Part shown: one piece after another, positions 1-7,518 of the stretch | Layout: the number at the start of each line of letters is the position of its first letter | Numbering within the stretch: the stretch's first letter is position 1 | Virus record (IMG/VR): IMGVR_UViG_2675903313_000007 | Strand: one strand, 5' to 3' | DNA: 7,518 nt | From: a virus | Taxonomy: Duplodnaviria > Heunggongvirae > Uroviricota > Caudoviricetes | Made by a program: the position numbers and the translations under genes | The notes under the pieces: model-generated | Databases searched by the model: none | What the model was told of the DNA's origin: nothing | What the model saw: only the letters and a program-made list of their open reading frames with translations

Positions 1-434
1 GCAATATGCTCACTGGCTACCTGCATCAGGTTGTTTTTTGTTTCTTCCGCCTCCCGGATCCGGAACAGTTTTTCTGCTTCTGCATCTTTCACCCAGGCTG
101 TGCCGTTCCACTTCTGAAACTCCCCTTCCGGCGATAACCAGGTAACATTTTCCGGTAACGGACCGAGTTCAGAAATAAATAACGCGTCCCCTGATGCCAC
201 GTCATAAACTGTTTTACCCCGATGGTCTTCAACAAGATGCCACGATGCCTCATCACTGTTGAAAACAGCCACGAAGCCTGCCGGAATATCTGGCGGTGCA
301 ATATCGGTACTGTTTGCTGGCAGACCTGTATGAGGCGGAATATATGCGTCACCTTCACCAATAAATTCATTAGTTCCGGCCAGCAGATTATAAATTTTTA
401 TGGTCCGTGCTTGTTCACTCATTCTGAATGCCAT
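1..434 (-). CDS. tfa: Tail fiber assembly protein Tfa, 5' partial (N-terminal 144 codons; 3' end lies beyond window position 1)
   Basis: Not in the ORF track because it has no stop inside the window. My own minus-strand translation from the ATG at 434..432 gives [144 protein letters not shown]..., with no stop through position 1. This matches the N-terminus of lambda Tfa as I recall it. The start overlaps the stf stop by 1 nt (TAATG), which is typical translational coupling. Confidence 0.85.
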   Translation of the reverse strand, partial: MAFRMSEQARTIKIYNLLAGTNEFIGEGDAYIPPHTGLPANSTDIAPPDIPAGFVAVFNSDEASWHLVEDHRGKTVYDVASGDALFISELGPLPENVTWLSPEGEFQKWNGTAWVKDAEAEKLFRIREAEETKNNLMQVASEHI

Positions 435-3133
435 TATGCAAGCCTCACAATATAGTTAAATGCGATGTTTTTGACGGTGTTTTCCGCGTTACCAGCAGCG
501 TTAACGGTGATGGTGTGTCCATGTGAACCAATCGCAACGGAGTGCGTATGAGCACCAATACCGACAGTATGTGCATGTGCGCCTGCGCTTGCAGCAGTGC
601 CGGACAGCGAGTGGGTATGAGCACCATCTGATGATGTCTTCCCTGCATTACGAGTCTGGCCACTACCGCTTGTTGTGCTCATAATCCCCGCGCTTGGATT
701 TGAAATCGCGGTATAACCATTAGGGAAAATGCTCGTGTTCGTGCCACCAAATGCACCGGAACTCTTGTGTTGGTGCGCACCGGCACTATTTGCAGTCCCG
801 CTAATACTATGGGTATGCGCCCCGGTGTTATTCGTGGATTTGGTTCCGTAATCAAACGACGATGTGTTTTTCGTCCCCAAATCCGTACTGGATGCGCTGG
901 CGCTGTGGGTGTGCGATTTAATGCCGTCCTGTTCCTGAGACAATACGGCTCGACCACTGGCGGGTTTGCCCTTAATCGTCCAGCCACGCATATCAGGGAT
1001 CACGCCTGACGGATAAGCGGCTGCAAGTTTCGGGTATGCAGATTTGTCAAAAGTCTGCCCCTGCATCAGGGCATAGCCAGACGGAACGGTATCTGATGGC
1101 CACGGGATTGGTGCGCCAGGCGGATAAAACTGCTCTGATGGCGTATAGAGTGAATAAACTGTACCGTCCGTTAACCCTTCCGGCTTATTAGCAGAATATG
1201 CTGGTGACGTATGAATCGTCACGCTGGCATTACTGGTATAATCCCATTGAATATTTACACCAGTCGCATAATTTCCGATTGCAACGTAAATATCGTAAGT
1301 ATCACCAGATGTATTGACCCAGGCAAAATTTGTAAACCCTGTCGATGTGCGCTGCCATAAAGCACCAGTAATCCCCTTCGGATTACCATTACCTGCACGC
1401 AAAACAAGTTCAGATATACCTGCCTGTTGAGGTGAACCGACGTTAAATCCAGCGCCACCAATCAACGTAATTGAAACAACAGAACTCGCCTGTGGCATGG
1501 TTACCGTTGCTAATTTGAACCAACCAGCACCACCGCTGAATGACATTGTTGTTGAGTTAAGCGTACCAATATCTTTCGGCGTCAGTGTTATATCCTCCGA
1601 AAGCGCCTTACCATTCACCTTACGGTCAGAAGGTACCCGATCATTCGCATTGTCATTCGCTGCTTTAACTGCCTTCGGTGTCGCGGCAAGCGTTTCAGAC
1701 GTACTGTTGGTCGCACTGCTGAGCTGTACTATCCCCTTTTTCGTCGTGCTCGCATCCTCAAGCGCCACGGCGGATGCAATATCCTCTGCCCGTTTTGCCG
1801 CTGTCTCAGCGCGCGTTGCTGCGGATTCTGCCGTACTTTTGCTCTGTGCTGCCGCTGTCGCACTGCCAGCAGCCTCTGTCGCCTTTGTGGATGCCGTCGT
1901 GGCGCTGCTCTTCGCTGCTGACGCCTGTCTGGTCGCCTCATCTTTTGAAGCAGACGCCGATGATGCCGATGACGCCGCCGAACTGGCGGACGATGCCGCT
2001 GCCGTTTTTGAGGATTCTGCGCTGGTTTCCGACGCTTTCGCGTTCGTTTCGGATGTCTTCGCTGAGGAAGCAGACCTCGCTGCTGCGCTGGCCTGTTCAG
2101 TGGCTTCGCCAGTCTTCGTTGTGGCTGTTGAAGCGGATGATGCGGCGCTTTCTGCCGATTTTCCGGCGGCGGTGGCACTGACTGAGGCCTGCCCGGCACT
2201 TATTGATGCGGCACTGGCGGACGACGCAGCCGCTGTTTTTGAATCTGCCGCAGCTGAGGCGCTCTGTCCCGCTGCTGTTTCAGAAGACTTAGCGTTCGTC
2301 TCGGACGTTTTTGCCGCCTTCGCGGAATTTCCTGCCGCCGTTGCCGAGGAAGCTGCACTACTGGCACTTGATGATGCATTCGTTTCTGAAGATTTCGCTG
2401 CCTCTTTTGAGGCCGCCGCACCCCGTGCCGAGGTGGCAGCTTCTGACGCCTTCGTGGTCGCTGTGGATGCAGAAGTGGCTGCCGATTTTTGTGATGCTGC
2501 GGCATTCGTTTCTGACGTTTTCGCGGCACTGGCGCTGGTAGCTGCCGCGCTTTTTGATGACTCTGCAGCAGCAGCACTTTTTGCTGCTTCACGGGCCTTT
2601 GTCGATGCCGTTCCTGCGCTGGAAGACGCTGACTGAGCCGACGACGCGGCCTGTCCGGCTGACGTGCTGGCGGCACGTGATGAGGCTGCAGCATCGGTTG
2701 CATGAGTTGCCGCCTCGCTGGCTGATGCACTGGCATCGCTGGCTGATTTTTTCGCGGCTGCCGTATTCTGTGCAACCGCGGAGGCGTTACGTGACACCTC
2801 TTCTACCATCTGCTCAAAGCGGCGCAGTGCCTCCGGTCGGACATCATCCTCCGTCATGGCACCGAGAAAATCATTCAGCGTACCTGGTCTGGAACCTTCA
2901 TAGACGGTAATGGTCCCGGCATGTGAAGGCGGAAAACCTTCAACCAGCAGGGTGACGCTGTACTGACCATGCTCAACATCCATGCTGTAACGTCCGGCTT
3001 CATCCGGATTTTCAGAGGCCACCGTGTTCACCACCACCGTGCTGCTGGTTCGTCTGGCCTTCAGCACAATGGTGCAGTTCTGTACTGGTTTTCCTGTGCC
3101 ATCTTTAAGCACGCCAGAAATTTTTACTGTCAT
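434..3133 (-). CDS. stf: Side tail fiber protein Stf (899 aa, intact)
   Basis: ORF track 434..3133 minus, coordinates including the stop. The N-terminus [28 protein letters not shown]...[25 protein letters not shown] closely resembles lambda Stf, as does the C-terminus (GAPIPWPSD...[31 protein letters not shown]...[31 protein letters not shown]), which carries repeated G-[AS]-H-x-H motifs. An SD-like GGTGGA sits 6 nt upstream of the ATG on the minus strand. Confidence 0.92.
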   Translation of the reverse strand: MTVKISGVLKDGTGKPVQNCTIVLKARRTSSTVVVNTVASENPDEAGRYSMDVEHGQYSVTLLVEGFPPSHAGTITVYEGSRPGTLNDFLGAMTEDDVRPEALRRFEQMVEEVSRNASAVAQNTAAAKKSASDASASASEAATHATDAAASSRAASTSAGQAASSAQSASSSAGTASTKAREAAKSAAAAESSKSAAATSASAAKTSETNAAASQKSAATSASTATTKASEAATSARGAAASKEAAKSSETNASSSASSAASSATAAGNSAKAAKTSETNAKSSETAAGQSASAAADSKTAAASSASAASISAGQASVSATAAGKSAESAASSASTATTKTGEATEQASAAARSASSAKTSETNAKASETSAESSKTAAASSASSAASSASSASASKDEATRQASAAKSSATTASTKATEAAGSATAAAQSKSTAESAATRAETAAKRAEDIASAVALEDASTTKKGIVQLSSATNSTSETLAATPKAVKAANDNANDRVPSDRKVNGKALSEDITLTPKDIGTLNSTTMSFSGGAGWFKLATVTMPQASSVVSITLIGGAGFNVGSPQQAGISELVLRAGNGNPKGITGALWQRTSTGFTNFAWVNTSGDTYDIYVAIGNYATGVNIQWDYTSNASVTIHTSPAYSANKPEGLTDGTVYSLYTPSEQFYPPGAPIPWPSDTVPSGYALMQGQTFDKSAYPKLAAAYPSGVIPDMRGWTIKGKPASGRAVLSQEQDGIKSHTHSASASSTDLGTKNTSSFDYGTKSTNNTGAHTHSISGTANSAGAHQHKSSGAFGGTNTSIFPNGYTAISNPSAGIMSTTSGSGQTRNAGKTSSDGAHTHSLSGTAASAGAHAHTVGIGAHTHSVAIGSHGHTITVNAAGNAENTVKNIAFNYIVRLA
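1769..2776 (-). repeat. Ala/Ser/Thr-rich low-complexity shaft-coding region of stf, with dispersed near-identical 22-26 nt motifs encoding (A)AK(T/S)SETNA
   Basis: Stf residues ~120-455 are almost entirely A/S/T/K/E. The motif occurs four times on the plus strand at 2039..2060, 2292..2317, 2396..2418 and 2503..2528, all encoding K(T/S)SETNA on the minus strand. Boundaries are approximate. Confidence 0.6.
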
Positions 3134-3144
3134 ACTTTTCCACC

Positions 3145-3180
3145 AATAAAAAAAGCCCGCAGCAGTGACGCCACGGGCTT
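3145..3180 (-). terminator. Candidate rho-independent terminator between lom and stf
   Basis: Read on the minus strand: AAGCCCG-(14 nt loop)-CGGGCTT, with the core GC stem at 3155..3159 paired to 3174..3178, immediately followed by TTTTTTTATT (plus-strand A-run 3145..3154). It ends about 12 nt upstream of the stf ATG. The loop is large, so confidence is moderate. Confidence 0.5.
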
Positions 3181-3284
3181 CAGGACAGTGTAACTTTACG
3201 TTTCCTCAAACGCAGTTCACCCCATAAGGTGGATGAACCTGCGTATCATAACAATATTTACAGAAGATAAATCGGCGTCTGTTG

Positions 3285-3884
3285 TCAGAAACGGTATCCG
3301 ATACCAACAATAAATGCATCCGTTCGCCAGTCGCCACTACCGGAACCTTCATAAGCAAGGTCAATGGTCACGGATTCGGTCGGGTTAAACTGCACGCCAG
3401 CCCCCCACGCCAGAGACGTGTTGCTGTGGCGACCGTCATCACTTCCGGTCAGCACATCGTGCGTTTTCCCCTTGTTGTCAGTTACGCGGAGATAATCCCC
3501 GGAGAAAGTCGACACACGGCTGTAAGCCACACCCGCCATCGCATACGCGCTGAACCATTCATTCACGCGTACAGACGGCCCCGCCATCACGCTGAACCAG
3601 CGGTTACGCACGGAATCTTCATGCCAGCGGGTATCGCTGTAGCGCGTTTTTTGCTCATCCTCAGCATTGGCATAACTGAAGGACGTAATCAGCCCCAGCG
3701 CGTCCGTAAACTCATAACGGTATTTCACGTTAATCCCGTTCAGATCATCACTACCGGGAACGTTCGTCGAGGCATGGAGATACCCCGCGCTCAGCGTGGA
3801 CTGATGTTCTGCTGCACTCGCTGGCGTAGCAGCGGCGACCTGCCAGACTACTGCGGACAAAATAACAGCACATAATTTACGCAT
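3285..3884 (-). CDS. lom: Outer membrane protein Lom (Ail/Lom/PagC/OmpX family, 199 aa) with N-terminal signal peptide
   Basis: ORF track 3285..3884 minus. The product begins MRKLCAVILSAVVWQVAAATPASA (signal-peptide-like) and ends AYEGSGSGDWRTDAFIVGIGYRF, with a C-terminal aromatic residue typical of beta-barrel outer-membrane proteins. Internal blocks (GINVKYRYE, SVMAGP, SAYAMAGVA) match lambda Lom as I recall it. An SD-like GAGAGG sits 5 nt upstream of the ATG. Position between J and stf is the same as in lambda. Confidence 0.92.
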   Translation of the reverse strand: MRKLCAVILSAVVWQVAAATPASAAEHQSTLSAGYLHASTNVPGSDDLNGINVKYRYEFTDALGLITSFSYANAEDEQKTRYSDTRWHEDSVRNRWFSVMAGPSVRVNEWFSAYAMAGVAYSRVSTFSGDYLRVTDNKGKTHDVLTGSDDGRHSNTSLAWGAGVQFNPTESVTIDLAYEGSGSGDWRTDAFIVGIGYRF

Positions 3885-3905
3885 AATTACCTCTCGCTTT
3901 TCTGC

Positions 3906-3932
3906 AATAAAAAAGGCGCCATTTCTGGCGCC
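3906..3932 (-). terminator. Candidate rho-independent terminator between J and lom
   Basis: Read on the minus strand: GGCGCCA-GAAA-TGGCGCC, a perfect 7-bp GC-rich stem with a GNRA-type tetraloop (plus 3915..3932), immediately followed by TTTTTTATT (plus 3906..3914). It lies 20 nt downstream of the J stop and ends about 21 nt upstream of the lom ATG. Confidence 0.65.
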
Positions 3933-3951
3933 CGTATCTGGGTTATAAAAT

Positions 3952-6900
3952 TCAGCTAATCGTGATGCCTGCAGTGGCTTTCTTCATCACCACAACCAGC
4001 AAATCGCTGATACTTGCTGTGGGATACCAGTTATTTACCAGCCATGCTGACACCGAAAACTCCAGTGTCATGTGACCGTGACCGGCAGGCATATCAATAA
4101 CACCACTGTAAATCAGCGTATTATCCAGCGCGGTACGGTTATAAATTTCAGCACCGTTTTTCCGCACTATCAGACGGCATGAGGAGTAAATATCAGTATG
4201 CTCTTTCTCATGTTTAGCGCCGCTGAATGCCACCGCCGGAATAACAATCTGCCGGTCAAACGGCTGATCGTCATAAACCCTGACGGTAATGGTTCCTGAT
4301 GGCCACCGCTCCGGTGCACGGGAGTCCCGGGGGAAAGCTTTGCCCACTGTTTTAACGAGATCGCCTTCAATCTGGTTCGCGGACAATTTTCCCAGAACCC
4401 GACAGTTCTCGTTAATCGTGACGTTGTTGAGCGTCCCGGAGTTCGCATTCACGTTACCGCTGATATCGGCATTTTTCGCCGTCAGCCGCCCGTCCGGTGT
4501 CAGGGAAAATGCCGGAGGATTACCGCCGCTGGTAATGGTGGGAGCCGTCAGATATTTCAGGAACACTTCATTCATAAATATCTGATCGCCCTGACCAACA
4601 AACATCGGCTTTGTGTTGCCATTCGCAGGATTAATCATCGCAATCCTGTCTGCCGCCAGCAGCACCTGACTCTGCATTCCTGCTGGCGTATTCTCAATAC
4701 CGGCACCGATACCCGCAATATAAAGGCGTCCGTCCTGCATCTGCTGCAGTTTCACGGCCCACATGCTGTTCAGGTTATTATTTGTATCAACCTGAACTTT
4801 CTGTATCTGCTGGATTGCCGCACTCTGATTTTCCAGTTTTTTATTGACGGTCTGCGTGATTTCATTGCTGACATTCGTAATGGACGTCCTGATTTCAGCC
4901 AGGTCCGGCGCAAGCTGACCGTTATCAATCTGCGTCCACAGCTCCTGGGCCAGATGTGTTTTCCCGATTTCTCCTTTGAAAAAATCCAGGTAACCTTCCG
5001 CATCATCGCTCGCCCGACCGACAGCCTCCACGAATGCCGATTTGCCAACAGTATTCACACTGCGGATATAAAAATAATAATCATGGCCCGGTTTGATATT
5101 GATACTGGCAGCTATCCAGTACAACGCCGAGCCAAGATAGCGGGCTGCGGTTTCAACCTGCCTGATATCCGCAATCCGCTTTTCCGAGAACCAGAACTCA
5201 AACTGTACCGTCGGGTCATAAACGGCAAGATGTGGCGTTGCGGTTATCTGAAAATAGCCCGGCGTCAGCTCAATCCGCGACGGTGCTGCCGGTGCGGCAA
5301 TCCGGAAGGTGGTGGTGGCAGGTTCACCCTGCTGGCCATAGCTGTTTATCGCCCGCACCGTCAGGGTGTATTCCCCGAGCGGCAGACCACTGAAACGATG
5401 CTCTGTATCCGCAGTGATAGCGGTGGTCACCAGACGGCTGTCTTCTCCGCTTCCGCTGGTCAGTCGCAGACTGAAGCGCACCCCCTTCACCACCCGCGGC
5501 GTGTCCCATTTCGCCTGTGCCAGATACTGGCCGTCAGCTGCGCTCACCTCCACCGTCAGGTGCTGCACTGCCGGTGGGATGACGCTGTTCAGGGAGCCTG
5601 ACTGCGGCTCAAAGCGGGCACCGTTATCCACGATGGCTTCTTTTTCCGGTACGTGCTGCACCGCCGTGATGGCAAAGGTGCCGTCCGTGTTTTCCCGGAC
5701 GGAGACACAGCGGAACAGGCGACGGCGCAGTGACGGCAGGGAGAGTCCCCACACCCCGTATGTCTCCACACCATCAGGCAGGGTACTGACCTGTATCCGG
5801 TCCGGCGCGGGGTGTGCGGTGATGTCCACACTCACCGGCTTACCGCTGCCGTTAATCAGGTTCACCGCCGATGTACCTGTCTCCGGCAGGGTAACCTCAC
5901 GGTCCAGCGTCAGGGTGCGGGTGGCAGCATCAATGGACAGGACACGTCCGCCGGTCATAGTCCCGGCATAGTCGTTATCACAGATTTCAATAATGTCACC
6001 CGGTGTGTGACGCAGCCCCTGTGACCCGAGCGTGAAGTCCACCGTCTGCGTTTCCAGCAGTCCGGTCTTTATCACCCACAGACCTGCACGGTGAGCCTGA
6101 CCGCGGCTGGTACAGCCAAACGCATCCATCTTCAGCAGATTGCGCCCGTAGCGCAGTATGGCTTCCGGGTCTTCCACCAGTTCCGTGGAGGTCTGCCAGC
6201 CGTTCTGCGGGTCGGTGTAATTCACCTCCACCGCCGTGTGCCGGTCCTTCAGGGCACTGAAGCTGTAGCGGAACCCCACGCCGTTATCATCCACCACCAC
6301 ATCGCTGTTGGTGTACGGCCACACCACATCCGACGGGCGGTCCTGAACGAACGTCAGCGTCTGACCGTTCCATACCGGCATACAGCGCATCGCAGAGCAG
6401 AAATCACTGAGAACGTCCCACGCCTTACGCTGTTGTGCCAGGTACGCATTAAAGGTCATCCGCGGCTCGGTCCCCCCGAAACCATCCGGGACCGTCTGGT
6501 CGCAGTACTGCCCGATGGCATACAGCGCCCACTTGTCCACATCCGCCGCCCCCAGACGTTTTCCCATGCCGTAGCGCGGGTGAGTCAGCATGTCCCACAG
6601 GCACCAGGCCGGGTTGTTGCTGTATGCCGGTTTCAGACTGCCGTCCCAGATACCACTGTACGTGCGTTTTTCCGGGTCATAGTTTGACGGCACCTGGATG
6701 ATGCGACCGCGGATATGGTAGTTCACCGTCATCTGCTGGCCGCCGAACTGCTCCGCATCCACCTGCAGCCCCACAATGGCCGTGTTCGGGTAGCACTGTT
6801 TCACATCGATGATTTCGGTGTATGACGACCACAGCGTCTTATTCTGCAGCTGGTCCGTGGTGCTGTCCGCTGTCTCCCGGACCATCCGGATGTTAAAAGG

Positions 6901-7425
6901 ACGGGGAGGCAGATTATCCAGAATCACCGACGCCAGAAACTGCGAGGTGGTCTTGCCGTTAATGGTGACATCCTTTTCTGTCACCCAGTTACCGTTACGC
7001 TGTAACTGAATCAGCAGGCGGACGGATGTCGGGTTTCGGTCACCCTTTGACGTGGTCTGCACCAGTGACTGCACCCCGAAGGTAACCCGCAGGCGGTCAA
7101 TGTTCGCGGACGTAATGGTGCGCGTCACCGGTTTTGCCTTCGTCACTTCCACGCCCAGTCCGGTTTCAGCACCGGAGGACTCAAAGCCTTCCGGTGGTGT
7201 CTGCTCCTGCTCCCCGGCGCGCCAGACCGCGGTCACACCGTGTATCACGGGATTACCGTCCGTGTCCGTCAGCGGGGTTTTGTTCACCAGAATACTCTGC
7301 AGGCCTTTCACCGGGCCTTCTATCGGTCCCTCACCAACCGCATCAATCACGCTCATCATCTGCGTGGATTTGAGATTATCCTTCGCCTCGCGCGGTGTGT
7401 GCGCCCTGCCGCCGCCTTTGCCCAT
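3952..7425 (-). CDS. J: Central tail fiber / host specificity protein J (tail tip protein, 1157 aa)
   Basis: ORF track 3952..7425 minus. The N-terminus [39 protein letters not shown] is near-identical to lambda gpJ, and long internal stretches match it as I recall it (e.g. [54 protein letters not shown] and [38 protein letters not shown]). An SD-like GGGGAAGG sits 4 nt upstream of the ATG. Confidence 0.95.
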   Translation of the reverse strand: MGKGGGRAHTPREAKDNLKSTQMMSVIDAVGEGPIEGPVKGLQSILVNKTPLTDTDGNPVIHGVTAVWRAGEQEQTPPEGFESSGAETGLGVEVTKAKPVTRTITSANIDRLRVTFGVQSLVQTTSKGDRNPTSVRLLIQLQRNGNWVTEKDVTINGKTTSQFLASVILDNLPPRPFNIRMVRETADSTTDQLQNKTLWSSYTEIIDVKQCYPNTAIVGLQVDAEQFGGQQMTVNYHIRGRIIQVPSNYDPEKRTYSGIWDGSLKPAYSNNPAWCLWDMLTHPRYGMGKRLGAADVDKWALYAIGQYCDQTVPDGFGGTEPRMTFNAYLAQQRKAWDVLSDFCSAMRCMPVWNGQTLTFVQDRPSDVVWPYTNSDVVVDDNGVGFRYSFSALKDRHTAVEVNYTDPQNGWQTSTELVEDPEAILRYGRNLLKMDAFGCTSRGQAHRAGLWVIKTGLLETQTVDFTLGSQGLRHTPGDIIEICDNDYAGTMTGGRVLSIDAATRTLTLDREVTLPETGTSAVNLINGSGKPVSVDITAHPAPDRIQVSTLPDGVETYGVWGLSLPSLRRRLFRCVSVRENTDGTFAITAVQHVPEKEAIVDNGARFEPQSGSLNSVIPPAVQHLTVEVSAADGQYLAQAKWDTPRVVKGVRFSLRLTSGSGEDSRLVTTAITADTEHRFSGLPLGEYTLTVRAINSYGQQGEPATTTFRIAAPAAPSRIELTPGYFQITATPHLAVYDPTVQFEFWFSEKRIADIRQVETAARYLGSALYWIAASINIKPGHDYYFYIRSVNTVGKSAFVEAVGRASDDAEGYLDFFKGEIGKTHLAQELWTQIDNGQLAPDLAEIRTSITNVSNEITQTVNKKLENQSAAIQQIQKVQVDTNNNLNSMWAVKLQQMQDGRLYIAGIGAGIENTPAGMQSQVLLAADRIAMINPANGNTKPMFVGQGDQIFMNEVFLKYLTAPTITSGGNPPAFSLTPDGRLTAKNADISGNVNANSGTLNNVTINENCRVLGKLSANQIEGDLVKTVGKAFPRDSRAPERWPSGTITVRVYDDQPFDRQIVIPAVAFSGAKHEKEHTDIYSSCRLIVRKNGAEIYNRTALDNTLIYSGVIDMPAGHGHMTLEFSVSAWLVNNWYPTASISDLLVVVMKKATAGITIS

Positions 7426-7445
7426 ACAGCCTTCCCCTGAATAAA

Positions 7446-7518
7446 TTAACCGCCACTTGCCATTCCGTACAGAAGTCGGATATCCTTCGCCCGAAAAGCA
7501 TGAAACACATTTCTGCCA
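7446..7518 (-). CDS. I: 3' end of the upstream tail gene, probably tail assembly protein I (C-terminal 23 codons plus stop; 5' end beyond the window)
   Basis: My minus-strand translation in the frame ending at the TAA (plus 7446..7448) gives ...[23 protein letters not shown]. This is an open frame from the window edge that ends 20 nt before the J ATG, the position gene I occupies in lambdoid phages. The fragment is too short to confirm identity from sequence alone. Confidence 0.45.
   Translation of the reverse strand, partial: GRNVFHAFRAKDIRLLYGMASGG

Noticed and set aside
89-455. ORFs 89..370 (minus, 93 aa) and 222..455 (plus, 77 aa) from the track.
   Set aside because: Both overlap the tfa coding sequence in the wrong frame or strand. 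The true gene is the tfa frame starting at 434, which matches the Tfa family.
1497-2636. Plus-strand ORF of 379 aa (Ala/Asp/Val/Phe-rich), antisense to the stf shaft region.
   Set aside because: It lies entirely within, and opposite to, the Stf coding region, which has clear homology support. Antisense frames of GC-rich low-complexity repeats are often open by chance, and the product is itself low-complexity with no recognisable motif.
1729-2775. Minus-strand ORFs 1729..2199 and 2200..2775 (Arg/Pro/Gln-rich) and plus-strand ORFs 1774..2181, 2311..2541 and 2554..2910.
   Set aside because: These are off-frame or antisense readings of the same stf low-complexity region. The compositions are implausibly biased and none has start signals.
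3282-3875. Plus-strand ORF of 197 aa, antisense to lom.
   Set aside because: It is fully antisense to an intact, homology-supported lom, and has no RBS or recognisable domain.
3885-4050. Possible sigma70 promoter for lom near the 3' end of J (TATAAC-like and TTGCTG-like hexamers on the minus strand).
   Set aside because: The hexamers are poor matches with bad spacing, and they lie upstream of the J-lom terminator, so transcripts from them would meet the hairpin. Not supportable from sequence alone.
4170-7444. Numerous ORFs of 60-215 aa on both strands inside J (e.g. 4954..5601, 5366..5971, 6091..6687, 7052..7444).
   Set aside because: All are antisense or off-frame within the 1157-aa J gene, whose frame is supported end to end by similarity to lambda gpJ.
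1-7518. Search for CRISPR repeats, tRNA or rRNA, insertion-sequence ends or transposase, DGR template or reverse transcriptase, invertase with inverted repeats, and toxin-antitoxin or defence genes.
   Set aside because: None seen. The window is fully accounted for by five co-oriented lambdoid tail genes and two short intergenic spacers.

Overview
The window is a contiguous block of lambdoid-phage late (tail and host-range) genes, all on the minus strand: the 3' end of a tail assembly gene (I-like), the full central tail fiber / host specificity gene J (1157 aa), the Lom/Ail/PagC-family outer-membrane protein gene lom, the full side tail fiber gene stf (899 aa), and the 5' 144 codons of the tail fiber assembly chaperone gene tfa, which runs off the window at position 1. 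Gene order, spacing and protein sequences closely parallel phage lambda I-J-lom-stf-tfa, but the sequence is not lambda itself. It is most likely a lambdoid prophage or phage of Escherichia, Shigella or a related enterobacterium. The plus-strand ORFs in the track are antisense or off-frame artefacts. I found no CRISPR array, tRNA or rRNA, no transposase or invertase, and no defence or toxin system; this looks like an ordinary phage host-range module rather than a new system. The points worth a second look are two intrinsic terminators bracketing lom, an expanded and internally duplicated Ala/Ser/Thr-rich shaft in Stf, a histidine-rich Stf tip, and the C-terminal regions of J and Stf where host range is expected to be set. 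All homology statements rest on my recall of lambda proteins and on reading the sequence by eye; none is a database result.
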